DNA of 62,500 nt, the filler included, from Malassezia furfur (Eukaryota), in the NCBI GenBank assembly GCA_052055015.1. It is 4 parts of 4 records of this genome, joined end to end, with 100 filler letters (N's around TTAATTAATTAA, not from the genome) between each part and the next. Parts side by side here need not be neighbours in the genome. Positions count along the whole stretch, not along the records: positions 1 to 15,574 come from JBQJIT010000267.1; 3 more parts are not named here. One strand, given 5' to 3'. Under the pieces are notes generated by a model. That model made no database searches. It had not been told where the DNA came from and saw nothing but the letters and a program-made list of their open reading frames with translations. Below, piece after piece: positions 1 through 9,374 of the stretch (position 1 is the stretch's first letter; each line of letters begins with the position of its first letter). The translations under genes were made by a program, and so were the position numbers.

Positions 1-405
1 GCGGCGGCGCCGTCCGTTCCGCCGCCGCGTCGCGACTTTGACACGCTCGTTCGCGAGGAACTCGCACTGCAGGCCGCGGCCATCCCGCCCGCCGACGTGC
101 CCTCGTGCCTCACGCTCTTCGACAAGTGGCTTGCGTGCTATGCCATCGGCGTCCAGTTCAAAAATGCGTACCGCTACGGCGAGATCGCCAACTGCACATC
201 GCGCAAGGAGGACTTCAAGTTCTGCCTCACGCTCCGCAGCCTCGACCCGGAGGCGCGCAGGCACGCCTACCTGCTCCGCCGCGCCGAGCAAATGGCACAC
301 CGCCGCAGGGGCTTCCGCACGAGCGAGGCAGTCTGGGAGATGCGCCGCGAGCCGCTCCTGGACCCCGACTTTGTCGATCCAGCGTACCCCGTGCCGTCGA
401 CCTAG
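1..405 (+). CDS. EMI1: Emi1/DUF3128-like small Cys-motif protein (5'-truncated)
   Basis: Frame open from base 1 to TAG 403-405; motif SCxxxFDxWxxCYxIGxQFKNxYRYGExxxCxxxxEDFKFC...SExVWExR. Confidence 0.75.
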   Translation, partial: AAAPSVPPPRRDFDTLVREELALQAAAIPPADVPSCLTLFDKWLACYAIGVQFKNAYRYGEIANCTSRKEDFKFCLTLRSLDPEARRHAYLLRRAEQMAHRRRGFRTSEAVWEMRREPLLDPDFVDPAYPVPST

Positions 406-444
406 GTACGTCGCCCATCCACACACACGAGCGGCCAGCGGCGC

Positions 445-536
445 TGCGGAGGATTTGCCTTTTTTTACAGTTCTGCTTCCGAAGTGGAGGATCCCTTGCG
501 GACAACCTAATACCAAGCTTACCATTGAATGACGCA
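445..536 (+). ncRNA. snR61: Box C/D snoRNA, snR61-like (25S Am1133-equivalent guide), in 3'UTR intron 406-590
   Basis: Guide CAGTTCTGCTT (468-478) + D' CCGA is complementary to conserved LSU AAGCAGAACUG; C-like CGGAGGA 447-453; D-like ATGA 529-532; perfect 13-bp flanking stem 422-434/549-561; intron GTACGT...GCTAAC...CAG. Confidence 0.8.
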
Positions 537-617
537 CATCCGCCGCGCCCGCTCGTGTGTGCTCGCACTGAGCATTGGCTAACCACACAGATACCCACCC
601 AACAGGTACGCATCCTT

Positions 618-776
618 GCAGCCGCGTCCGGGATTAGAACAAGTACATCCATTCTTTGAGAAGGGCCGCGCGCCGACGCAAGGGCCCGTGGCGAGGTCAT
701 GCTCTGCTGCGCTTTGCGAACGCGCGTGGCGATCCTTCGACGATTCGTTAATCTTCTCGATGAACTTCGCGGCTGC
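618..776 (+). ncRNA. Box C/D snoRNA, mgU6-47/SNORD7/Z30-like (U6 snRNA 2'-O-methyl guide), in intron 606-804
   Basis: GTTAATCTTCTC (747-758) pairs with 12 nt of U6 GAGAAGAUUAGC, and the D-5 base faces the A47-equivalent; D ATGA 760-763 with C-like GGGATTA 630-636; 9-bp terminal stem 618-626/768-776. Confidence 0.7.
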
Positions 777-832
777 TCTGCGCAAGAACAGACTAACACG
801 GCAGTTTCTTCCTGTGAGTATTTCTCCCAATT

Positions 833-946
833 GGATCCTGGGATGATTCTATACCATAGAACAAGCATGGCGAGCTATGTGCTGTGAGCCGCGCTTACAA
901 CATGCATGTACGTCGACGCGCGCACTGACCCAGCACCAACTGATCC
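833..946 (+). ncRNA. snR55: Box C/D snoRNA, snR55-like (18S Um1269-equivalent guide), in intron 814-977, interrupted by nested intron 908-933
   Basis: C box GGGATGA 840-846, D box CTGA 940-943; removing 908-933 gives CATGCATCACCAA-CTGA, complementary to 18S UGGUGGUGCAUG. Confidence 0.75.
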
Positions 947-998
947 CTCCCTGCTCCCAAGGACATGCTAATCACAGATACCCTACGTCGTCCTATAG

Positions 999-1817
999 CT
1001 ACCGACGCTCAATCGACAAATTGTCCATACTTGCTTGCAGCGCATCGACCGCATCGTCCGAGCGGGAGGGCGAGACCGTCTGCGACGCATCGCCAGACGC
1101 CTTGACATCGTTCGTCGGTTTTGCATCGCCAGCTGCTTGGGTGTCGTCGGCCGTCTTGTTCCCTTTCGGCGACAATGCGGCTTTTTCGACAGGACGCTCG
1201 TGCGTAGGCACCGATGCAGCACTCTGCGTCCGTTTGGATGTAGCTGCACTGGCCTTGCTCGGCTGGGTATCCGGAACGAGCTTCGGCTCGGTCGTTATGG
1301 CCGGTTTCGTGGCCGGGCGCGCTGACACCCTGGGTTGCTCTGTTGGTTTTGGCGAGGCGCGCGCCGACGCAAGACGCTCGTTGCGCACACGCCCCTCGTT
1401 GGTCTCCTGCCCCGAACGGGACTCGGCTGGCACCACCTTCTTCCACGTCGACACTTGATCAGCACGCGCCATCGACCCTTTGGGCGCACGGACCTTGCGT
1501 CTTGCCTGCGACGGACTCCCACTACCTTGACTCTCGTTCATACGCACGAGGTCTGCCAGGCTCCGTCCCCCTGGGGAGCGAGGCGATCGTGCATCGCCGT
1601 CGCGCTGCGCGACATGGCGAGGCCGGAATCGCTGTATGTCTTCGGCCGGCGTGAATCCTGGGCGCACTTTCCGCTCCTTGCGCACACTTCATCAGCACAT
1701 CACATACGATCCATCAGCCCGTACACTTGCGGGAATGACGCGCGCGTCTTCGGCTCCGCCAACGATCCCTGACGGCGCGGCGCGCGACGTCCTCGGCGTC
1801 GCAGGCGGCGACGGCAT
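999..1817 (-). CDS. PYM1: PYM/WIBG (partner of Y14-Mago) protein; 21-nt intron 1687-1707
   Basis: Spliced IPASVRADGS|VRKERKVRPGFTPxED Mago-binding motif; unspliced frame hits TGA. Confidence 0.85.
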
Positions 1818-1909
1818 AAGCCTAGAGCAGGTAACCTCCACCGAGTCTGGAAAAACCGCCTAGATGACTACAACGCTAGGCTAGGAATTTTGTCGGTCGC
1901 AAAGTACAT

Positions 1910-2529
1910 CTACTTCTTGATCGTGGTCACCTCGCGGCGGCCGCGGGGCAGGCGCGGCTTGGGCACGCGCTGGCGGCCCTGCTGCGACTTGATGATGTGG
2001 GTAGCGCGGGCAACAGCGTCTGCAGGGTTAGTAAACTGAACGACAAGCACAGGTCCCGGCGCGCAGCACAAGCTGCACACCTCCATGGAGGCTTGTCTGA
2101 CATTGTTGTAGCACCACAAATACGCCCAACCCGTCATAGGACAGAGCCATCAGGGGGGTTCTAGCGTGGTGCGCCGGGACCTTTTAAATACGTACCCTTC
2201 CGGAGGTCGGGGCGGTAGCCGTGCTTGGCCGCGATGTTCGCGACGGCACCAGCCACGCGGCGCGAGCCGCCCTTGACCGTGGTGGTGGCGCGCGCGCCCT
2301 TGACGGCAAACGGCGACACCTTGGTCTTCTTGGTGGTGACATCCACACCCTTCTTCTCGTTGGGGACGATGCCGACCGACTTGTCGTTCACAAGACCAGA
2401 GTACTTGTAGCTGTGCAGCGAAGCCAGGTTACCGGGCTCGCGCGAGAACACGCGGCCGAGGCCCTTCTGCTTCACGAGGTAGCTGTTCGACTTGCGGACA
2501 AGGAGCCACTGGAGATCCTGCGTCGACAT
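1910..2529 (-). CDS. RPL28: 60S ribosomal protein eL28; intron 2020-2195
   Basis: MSTQDLQWLLVRKSNSYLVK...FSREPGNL...SYKYSGL...YRPDLRK|DAVARA. Confidence 0.92.
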
Positions 2530-2644
2530 CACGGTAGGTCGGTGGGTGCAAGTAGCGCGCGCCGCTCGGTTTGCAGAACTGCAATCCGCACGTGATGAGA
2601 TGTGCCACGTGGAGGTGCGGTGGATGGCCCATGCCCCTACCGTT

Positions 2645-3261
2645 ATGGCATCCGCGCCGAGTGTGGAGAGGAACGCGCGGGGCATCCCGACCGCGCCGTT
2701 CGTCGTACGTGTGCGCTGCTTACCCAGGACGATGTCGTCAAGTATCTCGGGAACGAAGATGAAGACGTGATGCCTACGCTCCAAAAGTTCCAGGAGGCCA
2801 TTAGCAAGTACAAATTCATGGAGATGAGCACTGCGCAGCGCCGCCAGGGCCTCGAGCAAAAGATCCCGGATATCACCAACACGCTCAAGATGGTTGAGTA
2901 CTTGAAAAAGCACAAGGTTTGTGGAATGCACTAACGCAGAACGACCCGGAACCGGTAGAGACGACGTTTGAGCTGAACGACACGCTGTACGCGCGCGCGA
3001 AACTCGACCCTATCGATCGCGTGCACCTCTGGCTGGGTGTACGTAATGGAACTCACACAGGCAAATGTCATGCTTTCCTACGATATTGACGAGGCTATTG
3101 ACCTTCTACGGGAAAAGCTGTCGAATGCCAAGGCCAACATGGCCGCAGCAAACGAGGACCTCGGCTTTTTGCGCGATCAAATTACTACGATGGAAGTGAA
3201 TACCGCCCGTGTGCATAACTGGGATGTCAAGCGGCGGCGCGATCGGTACGTGCATCCCTAA
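2645..3261 (+). CDS. PAC10: Prefoldin subunit 3 (Pac10/Gim2/VBP1); introns 2705-2727, 2917-2939, 3039-3060
   Basis: NARGIPTAPFV, FQEAISKYKFME, FELNDTLYARA, LWLG|ANVMLSY, TTMEVNTARVHNWDV. Confidence 0.92.
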
Positions 3262-3352
3262 CGCAGGCAAATCCAAAAGAACCAGGCTTCGTCGAGCGCT
3301 TAGACAGCATGTAGGATGTCCATGTGGAGGTTCGAAAAAGTTGGTTTCTTCC

Positions 3353-5736
3353 ATGTTTCGCGTCGTGGGTCGGCAGGGAGTGCGAGGCGTCGCGGCGCAC
3401 GCGCACGCCCTTACCCCACAATACCGCTCATTATTCCTTTCATCTCCGCTTCTCAAAGCGAAGGCCCCCCAGGGTGGCGGCGCGCAACGTGGTTCCCAGG
3501 CGTCGCGTAGTGCCAAGCCTGGCGCGCAAGGCCCGTCACAGCGCAATGCGTCACCACGTCAGGGCGCGCAGCAACAAAGAGACACTGGAAAACAAGGGCG
3601 GCGCGGCAATGTTCCCAGTCCAAAGAACTGGGCGCGGCCGGACCAGAACCGGCCGGGCAAGTCGACGCGCCCGAACGAAGCGGCGAGCCGCGCCCCGCAG
3701 CGCGACGCACAACGCGACACAGGAAACCAGCCACAACGGCAAACGCGGACTCGCGAGATCTCTCTACCGCCCATGATTAGCGTCGTCAACTTGGCGCGCG
3801 TACTGGGTGTGAATATGCGTACGTGCATAGCTGACCTTAAGGCATGCTCCAATTCCGTATGGAAAAAATTGGGCTCACGGACGTGCGTCCGGACCATTTA
3901 CTCAAGTATGAGGATGCGGAACTTCTCGCTGCCGAGTACAATGTGGTGACGAACGCGGACGAGGAGCGTGCCTTTGACATTTACCCTCGTCCGCCCATTG
4001 ACGAAGCCACCAAAAGCTCCCTACCTCTGCGCCCGCCCGTTGTAACCATTATGGGCCACGTCGACCACGGCAAGACGACACTGCTCGACAAGCTGCGCTC
4101 GGCCTCTGTTGCGCAAGGCGAGGCGGGCGGTATTACACAGCACATTGGTGCCTTTTCCGTGCCCGTGAAGCGATCGGGTGAAATTGGGACGGTGACGTTC
4201 CTCGACACGCCTGGGCATGCTGCGTTTTCGCTAATGCGCAGCCGCGGTGCATCAGTTACGGACATCATTGTGCTCGTGGTCGCTGCGGATGACGGCGTTA
4301 TGCCACAGACCAAAGAGGTTATTTCGCTCGTGCAAGGTGACGAAGGACTACGCATCCCCCTGGTGGTCGCCATCTCCAAGATTGACATGCCGAATGCCGA
4401 CCCCCAGCGTGTCAAATACGACCTCATGGGTGCGGGTGTCGAGATCGAAGAGCTGGGCGGCGAAGTGCCCTGCGTGGAAATCAGCGCCAAGAAGGGTCTC
4501 GGTTTGGATGCTCTGGAAGAGACGCTCGCTGTACTGGCTGAGATGAGCGAGTTGCGGGCAGAACATGACGGACCCGTGGAGGGTCGTATCCTTGAAAGCA
4601 AAGTCGACAAGGGCCGGGGCAACGTGGCCACGGTGCTTGTGCGCCGCGGAACGCTGCGTGCCGGTGACGCGCTGATCTGTGGCACGACGTGGGCGCGTGT
4701 GCGCCAGCTAATGAAGCCGGATGGCAGTGCGACCAAGGCCGTTCTGCCAGGGTTCCCCGTACAGGTCGCGGGCTGGAAAGAGCTGCCTGCGGCGGGTGAC
4801 GAGTTCCTGGGCGCGCCCGATGAGGCGGCGTGCAAGCGTGCGGTGGAGAACCGCAAGCGTGCCCAAGAGCAGGCGGCGCTTCTGCAGGATGCGGAGCAGA
4901 TTGACGAGCGGCGGCGGCTACTTGTTGAAGCCGAGGAGCAAAAGGAACGTGCAGCGTTTGAGGAGCGGCAGCGCCTGCGTGAGCTCCAGAAGAAGGAGTC
5001 AGAGGGCAAGTTGGATGAGGCGGCGCTTGCCGAGGCGTTGAAGGCGCAGCGCAAAGAGCAGCCGGGTGCGGAAAGCGAGGCGGCTGAATCCTCTCGCAAG
5101 GAGCTCCTGCTCATTCTCAAGGGCGACTTTTCCGGCACCGTCGAGGCCTTGTCTGGCGCCGTAAGCGGGATCGGCAACGCGCAGGCCGGCGTGCGGATCG
5201 TGTCGCAGAGCGTCGGCGACCCGACCGAGGGCGACGTGCAGACCGCGCACGCTGTCGGTGGTCAGATTCTTGGCTTCAACGTCAAGGCCGCCAAGGGCGT
5301 GCAGACGACCGCGGCGCGCCTCCAGCCGCGGGTCAAGGTGCACTGCGACAATGTAATCTACCGTCTGATGGAGTACGTCTCTACCGAAGTCGCAGCGCTG
5401 CTCCCCCCGCGTCAGGAGCTGCGTGTGCAGGGCGAGGCACAGGTTGCACAACTCTTCCAGATCAAGGGTTCGGGCAACAAGGCCGCGCGCAACATTGCGG
5501 GATGCCGTGTCACGAACGGAGTTGTGAACCGTGCATACGAGGTGCGCATTCTCCGCGGTGCCGACCGCACCGAGGTCTTCCGCGGCCGCCTCGACGCACT
5601 GCGCCAGGTGAAGAAGGACGTGCAGGAGATGCGCAAGGGCACCGAGTGCGGCATGTCGTTCGACAACTTTGACGACGTGCGCGTTGACGATGTGATTCAA
5701 TGCTTTACTACCGTAGATGTTCCCCAAACGCTGTAA
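3353..5736 (+). CDS. IFM1: Mitochondrial translation initiation factor IF-2; intron 3819-3841
   Basis: [40 protein letters not shown]; Arg-rich presequence. Confidence 0.93.
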
Positions 5737-7587
5737 TTATCGCAACACCCGTTCTTCTACACGCCCCTCGCGATCGTCCATGCGGTGCCAGGTGACGAGC
5801 GTCTGCCCGAACCCACGCGCCTGGTAAACGCGTGCGCGACGCGCAAAGCCCACCTTGCCGTACCCCGCATAGCTCACGCCGCCCCCGAAACAAATCCAAT
5901 GGCCTCGCACGCGGCGGCAGTCTTCGTTGTTGTGCATGTGGCCATGCACGTACAGCTGGACGCCGGGCGTGTCGTCGTTGCGCTCGCGCTCCAATGCGTC
6001 AAACAGCCCGCGACGGCCCTGCCCACCGAGCCGCGAGAAACGCTCCTCCCGTACGCCGAACCGCATCTCGTCGCCATTCTCGTCCACGTCGACGGCATCA
6101 AACGCCTCCTGGATAGGGATGTGCACAAACACGATCCCAGGCGGGCGCTGCACGTGCGTAATGTGCGGCATCACTAGATGCGGCGGCACCAGCGTGCTCG
6201 TGAACGGCGGTAGTCGCGGCTTATAGGGCCATGCGATGCGCATCTTCCGACGCAGCTGCTTGACCAGCCACTGGATCTGGTCGGTATGCACCCAGTCGTA
6301 CAAGTACGGATCCCAAGGGTGCAACAGCGAAAAGGGCGGATGTGCGCCCGAATCCAGGCACCACAGCGTGAGCAGCTCCTCGTTGCTCGGCGCCGGCGCA
6401 CGCACCGCGACGTCAAAATTTCCTGCGCCGTGGATGGACGTGGGGCCGACTTGTGCCAGCGAGTATGGGTATAGGGCCAGCAGTTCCATCTGCTCTCGGC
6501 GTGTGAGATAGCCGCTCTCGGTGTCGTGGTTGCCGAACAACGGGAGCCAGGGGATACCGCGGCGCACGACGGGGAGGAGCCAGCCGGGCATGACACTCTG
6601 TTCGTCCCAGCTGGTACCCTGGCCGTTGAGTTGGTCGCCGGTGAACACGACCAGATCCGGCTTCTCCTCGTCAATCCAGCGCTCAATCAGCGCGTTTGTG
6701 TCGTTCTGCGATGCGCATCGGTGCACGTCCTCGACGTCGCGGCACGCCAGTTCCTCGACCGAAAAGTGCAAGTCGGCGAGCTGCAAAATGGTAAACGTGC
6801 CGGACGCGTCGAAACGCAGTGGCGGTGCCCGCGGTGTTGGCTTAGGCGTGCGGCGTACGATGACCGACGTGCGCGCGGCATGCTTGCCGTGGCCTTGGAA
6901 TGCGGGGATGTTGCCGGCCACCACAAAGCCGGGCGGCGGTTGATTGGGGCCATACATCACATCGAGCTCGGTGATCGGGTCTGTAGCATTGTGTCTAGTG
7001 CGAACATGCAGCGCATACTTGGTGCGCTTGCGCGAGAACTTGGGCCGTGACACACTTAGTTGGCGCCAGCCGTCGCCGGCCGGCAGCGGTGTCGATGCCT
7101 CGACGAATTTCACGTCGGCAATGTGCCGGCCGTGCATCGTGCGCGCACGCCGGTAAAAGAAGTATGGTGTGCCAAACTTGCTGAGCGGCTTGCGCGCAAA
7201 CGAGCTGGCGTGCCGTCCGCGCCATTGGGCGACGGACGCATGTACCGGTCTGTCCACACGCACCCAGTCGCCTGCCTCCGAATTGTGGTCTTGTTTCGGG
7301 AGAGCACATCCAAACAGCGGGTAGCACATGCCCACAGCAATGTCGTACAGTGGAAGCAGGTTGGGCCGTATCGGCGCAAATGTATGCAAAGCGGCGAGGC
7401 TCTCGGCGAGATTCGATGCGAGAGGCTCCGACGCCGTATCTTGAGCGTCTTCGTCATGCGGCAAGCCAAGGTGCAGCGTATGTTTCGATGCACGGTGCAT
7501 CGTCATGTACAGAGCCAAGATCACGACCCATGCCGTGACGAGCAGCGCGCCGAGCGCGCCGAGACCCACGCGCCGCCGACCGAGCAT
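5737..7587 (-). CDS. DCR2: Dcr2-like calcineurin-like metallophosphoesterase with N-terminal anchor
   Basis: QLADLHF, DLVVFTGDQ, FGNHD, FVHIP, HGHMHNNEDC, GGGVSYAGYG. Confidence 0.8.
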   Translation of the reverse strand: MLGRRRVGLGALGALLVTAWVVILALYMTMHRASKHTLHLGLPHDEDAQDTASEPLASNLAESLAALHTFAPIRPNLLPLYDIAVGMCYPLFGCALPKQDHNSEAGDWVRVDRPVHASVAQWRGRHASSFARKPLSKFGTPYFFYRRARTMHGRHIADVKFVEASTPLPAGDGWRQLSVSRPKFSRKRTKYALHVRTRHNATDPITELDVMYGPNQPPPGFVVAGNIPAFQGHGKHAARTSVIVRRTPKPTPRAPPLRFDASGTFTILQLADLHFSVEELACRDVEDVHRCASQNDTNALIERWIDEEKPDLVVFTGDQLNGQGTSWDEQSVMPGWLLPVVRRGIPWLPLFGNHDTESGYLTRREQMELLALYPYSLAQVGPTSIHGAGNFDVAVRAPAPSNEELLTLWCLDSGAHPPFSLLHPWDPYLYDWVHTDQIQWLVKQLRRKMRIAWPYKPRLPPFTSTLVPPHLVMPHITHVQRPPGIVFVHIPIQEAFDAVDVDENGDEMRFGVREERFSRLGGQGRRGLFDALERERNDDTPGVQLYVHGHMHNNEDCRRVRGHWICFGGGVSYAGYGKVGFARRARVYQARGFGQTLVTWHRMDDREGRVEERVLR

Positions 7588-7678
7588 GCTAGTGCGATCC
7601 ACGTGCGGGGCACAGACCACATTGCCACGTGATACGCCGTGCGCGCCGGTGCCTTGACGTGACGCGTCGGTGGTGAGG

Positions 7679-8265
7679 ATGGCGACGACGGGCAATGCGC
7701 TGCTGTTGAAGCGCCAGCTCATGGAGCTGCGCAAGAACCCGGTGGACGGATTCAGTGCGGGGCTCAAGGACGAGAGCAACTTGTTTGAATGGGAGATTCT
7801 CATTATCGGCCCGATGGATACCCTGTACGAAGGCGGATTTCTCAAGGCCGAGCTCACGTTCCCCCCCGAGTACCCCCTGATGCCGCCCACGATGAAGTTT
7901 AAGACACCCATGTGGCACCCAAATAGTACGTTTGGGCATGCTGACGCAGTTTATGAGGACGGCACCCTGTGCATCTCGATTCTGGTACGCCACGATGGCT
8001 AATCACAGCATGCGCCGGGCAAGGACGAGTTTGGCTATGAGGACGCGAGCGAGCGATGGCTCCCAGTACACACGGTTGAGACGATCGTACGTGTTCCCGG
8101 CTCACGCAGCTTGTCTCGGTGATCAGCCTGCTTAGCTCCGATACGCCCAACACCGACTCGCCGGCGAACATTGACGCCGCCAAGCAGGTGCGTGAGGACC
8201 TGGCCGGCTACCGGAAAAAGGTGCGCCGTCTCGTTCGCCAGTCGGCAGAGGAGGCGTTTGATTAG
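7679..8265 (+). CDS. Ubiquitin-conjugating enzyme E2, UBE2G/Ubc7 class; introns 7926-7949, 7985-8008, 8087-8109
   Basis: [47 protein letters not shown]. Confidence 0.88.
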
Positions 8266-8318
8266 GCAGGGTAGTGATACATCTGTGCTATGTACGTGCG
8301 TTTGCCCGGTGGCAAGGG

Positions 8319-9296
8319 CTACGCCGCCTCGGTCGTTCGCCGCACGGCGCTCGGGTGCGGGTTGAGCGGCGACTGCAGCGGCGCGCTCCCACCCGGCGTA
8401 AGTGGCGTCGCGACCACCGCCTGAGCGTGCTGCGCACTCGGCGTGCTCACGGGGTGGGGCTGGTACACAATCTGGCCCGTCGGCAGCATCACGGCGCTCG
8501 TGGTGTTCGCGAAGCCGTACAGGCACCCCAGGTGCTTTTCGTCGTCAATCACGCCGTCAAAGAAACGGTCGCGCAGCTTAAAGAAGGTCGAAGCGGTCAG
8601 CAGGCTGTCGCTGCCCGCCTGGTGCTGTTGCCCGATGCGGTTCACCTGCAAGTCGTCCGCGACGTCCTGCAGACCGCCCTTGAGCGCCTTGCACGAGCGC
8701 ATCAGGTTCTTGATGTCGTAAATGCACGGGAACCACTGGTGTAGCAGCTCAAAGAACTCGGACTCGTGCGCCGGAAGCGGTGTGCACGTCACGAGCTTGA
8801 GCAGGTACCCAAAGTCGTAGCCCGAGTGGAACGAGATCCACCTCACATCTTCAAATAGCGCAAGGCCGGACGTGATAAGCATCTCGCCAAAGTGCTCGTG
8901 GTCGATGCCGTAGTGCAGCAGGCGATCAAAGTCGAGGCCCGCCTTGGTCAGGAGCTCGAGCGAGTCCGGCGCGCACATATCGTTGTTCACATCGAACCGG
9001 AAATTGAACTGCCACGTACACGTGTCCGGCGGCAAGTTTCCCTGCTCATCGCACACCGTGATCCCCAGCTGGATCAGGTGCAGCAGGTCGACGTTGCACC
9101 GCAGCGTCTGGTAGTGGTAGTCGGTCGACCCCCGAAAGTTGCCGATCGGGCGCGCAACAATGCCAGGAAACTCGGTGTCCTGCATAAGTCATGCACCTAC
9201 CATCGCGACATAGGGATACTTTTCGATGGCGGCGCGCAAGTGCGCCATCTCCTCTTCGAAATTGTCCGCCCACACCTCATGAATGCGACCCACCAT
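8319..9296 (-). CDS. POP2: CCR4-NOT deadenylase Caf1/Pop2; 21-nt intron 9180-9200
   Basis: VWADN, AM|DTEFPG, YQTLRCNVD, FHSGYDFGY, HQAGSDSLLT. Confidence 0.93.
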
Positions 9297-9374
9297 GGTG
9301 CGTGGCCGTGAGAGTCACGTGATGATCACGGCGCTTGCGCGGCGGCCCCAGCACCCGACACGCCCGCCGCCACG

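Noticed and set aside
227..887. Small ORFs over 406-980
   Set aside because: No protein features; the region is better explained by introns and snoRNAs on the + strand
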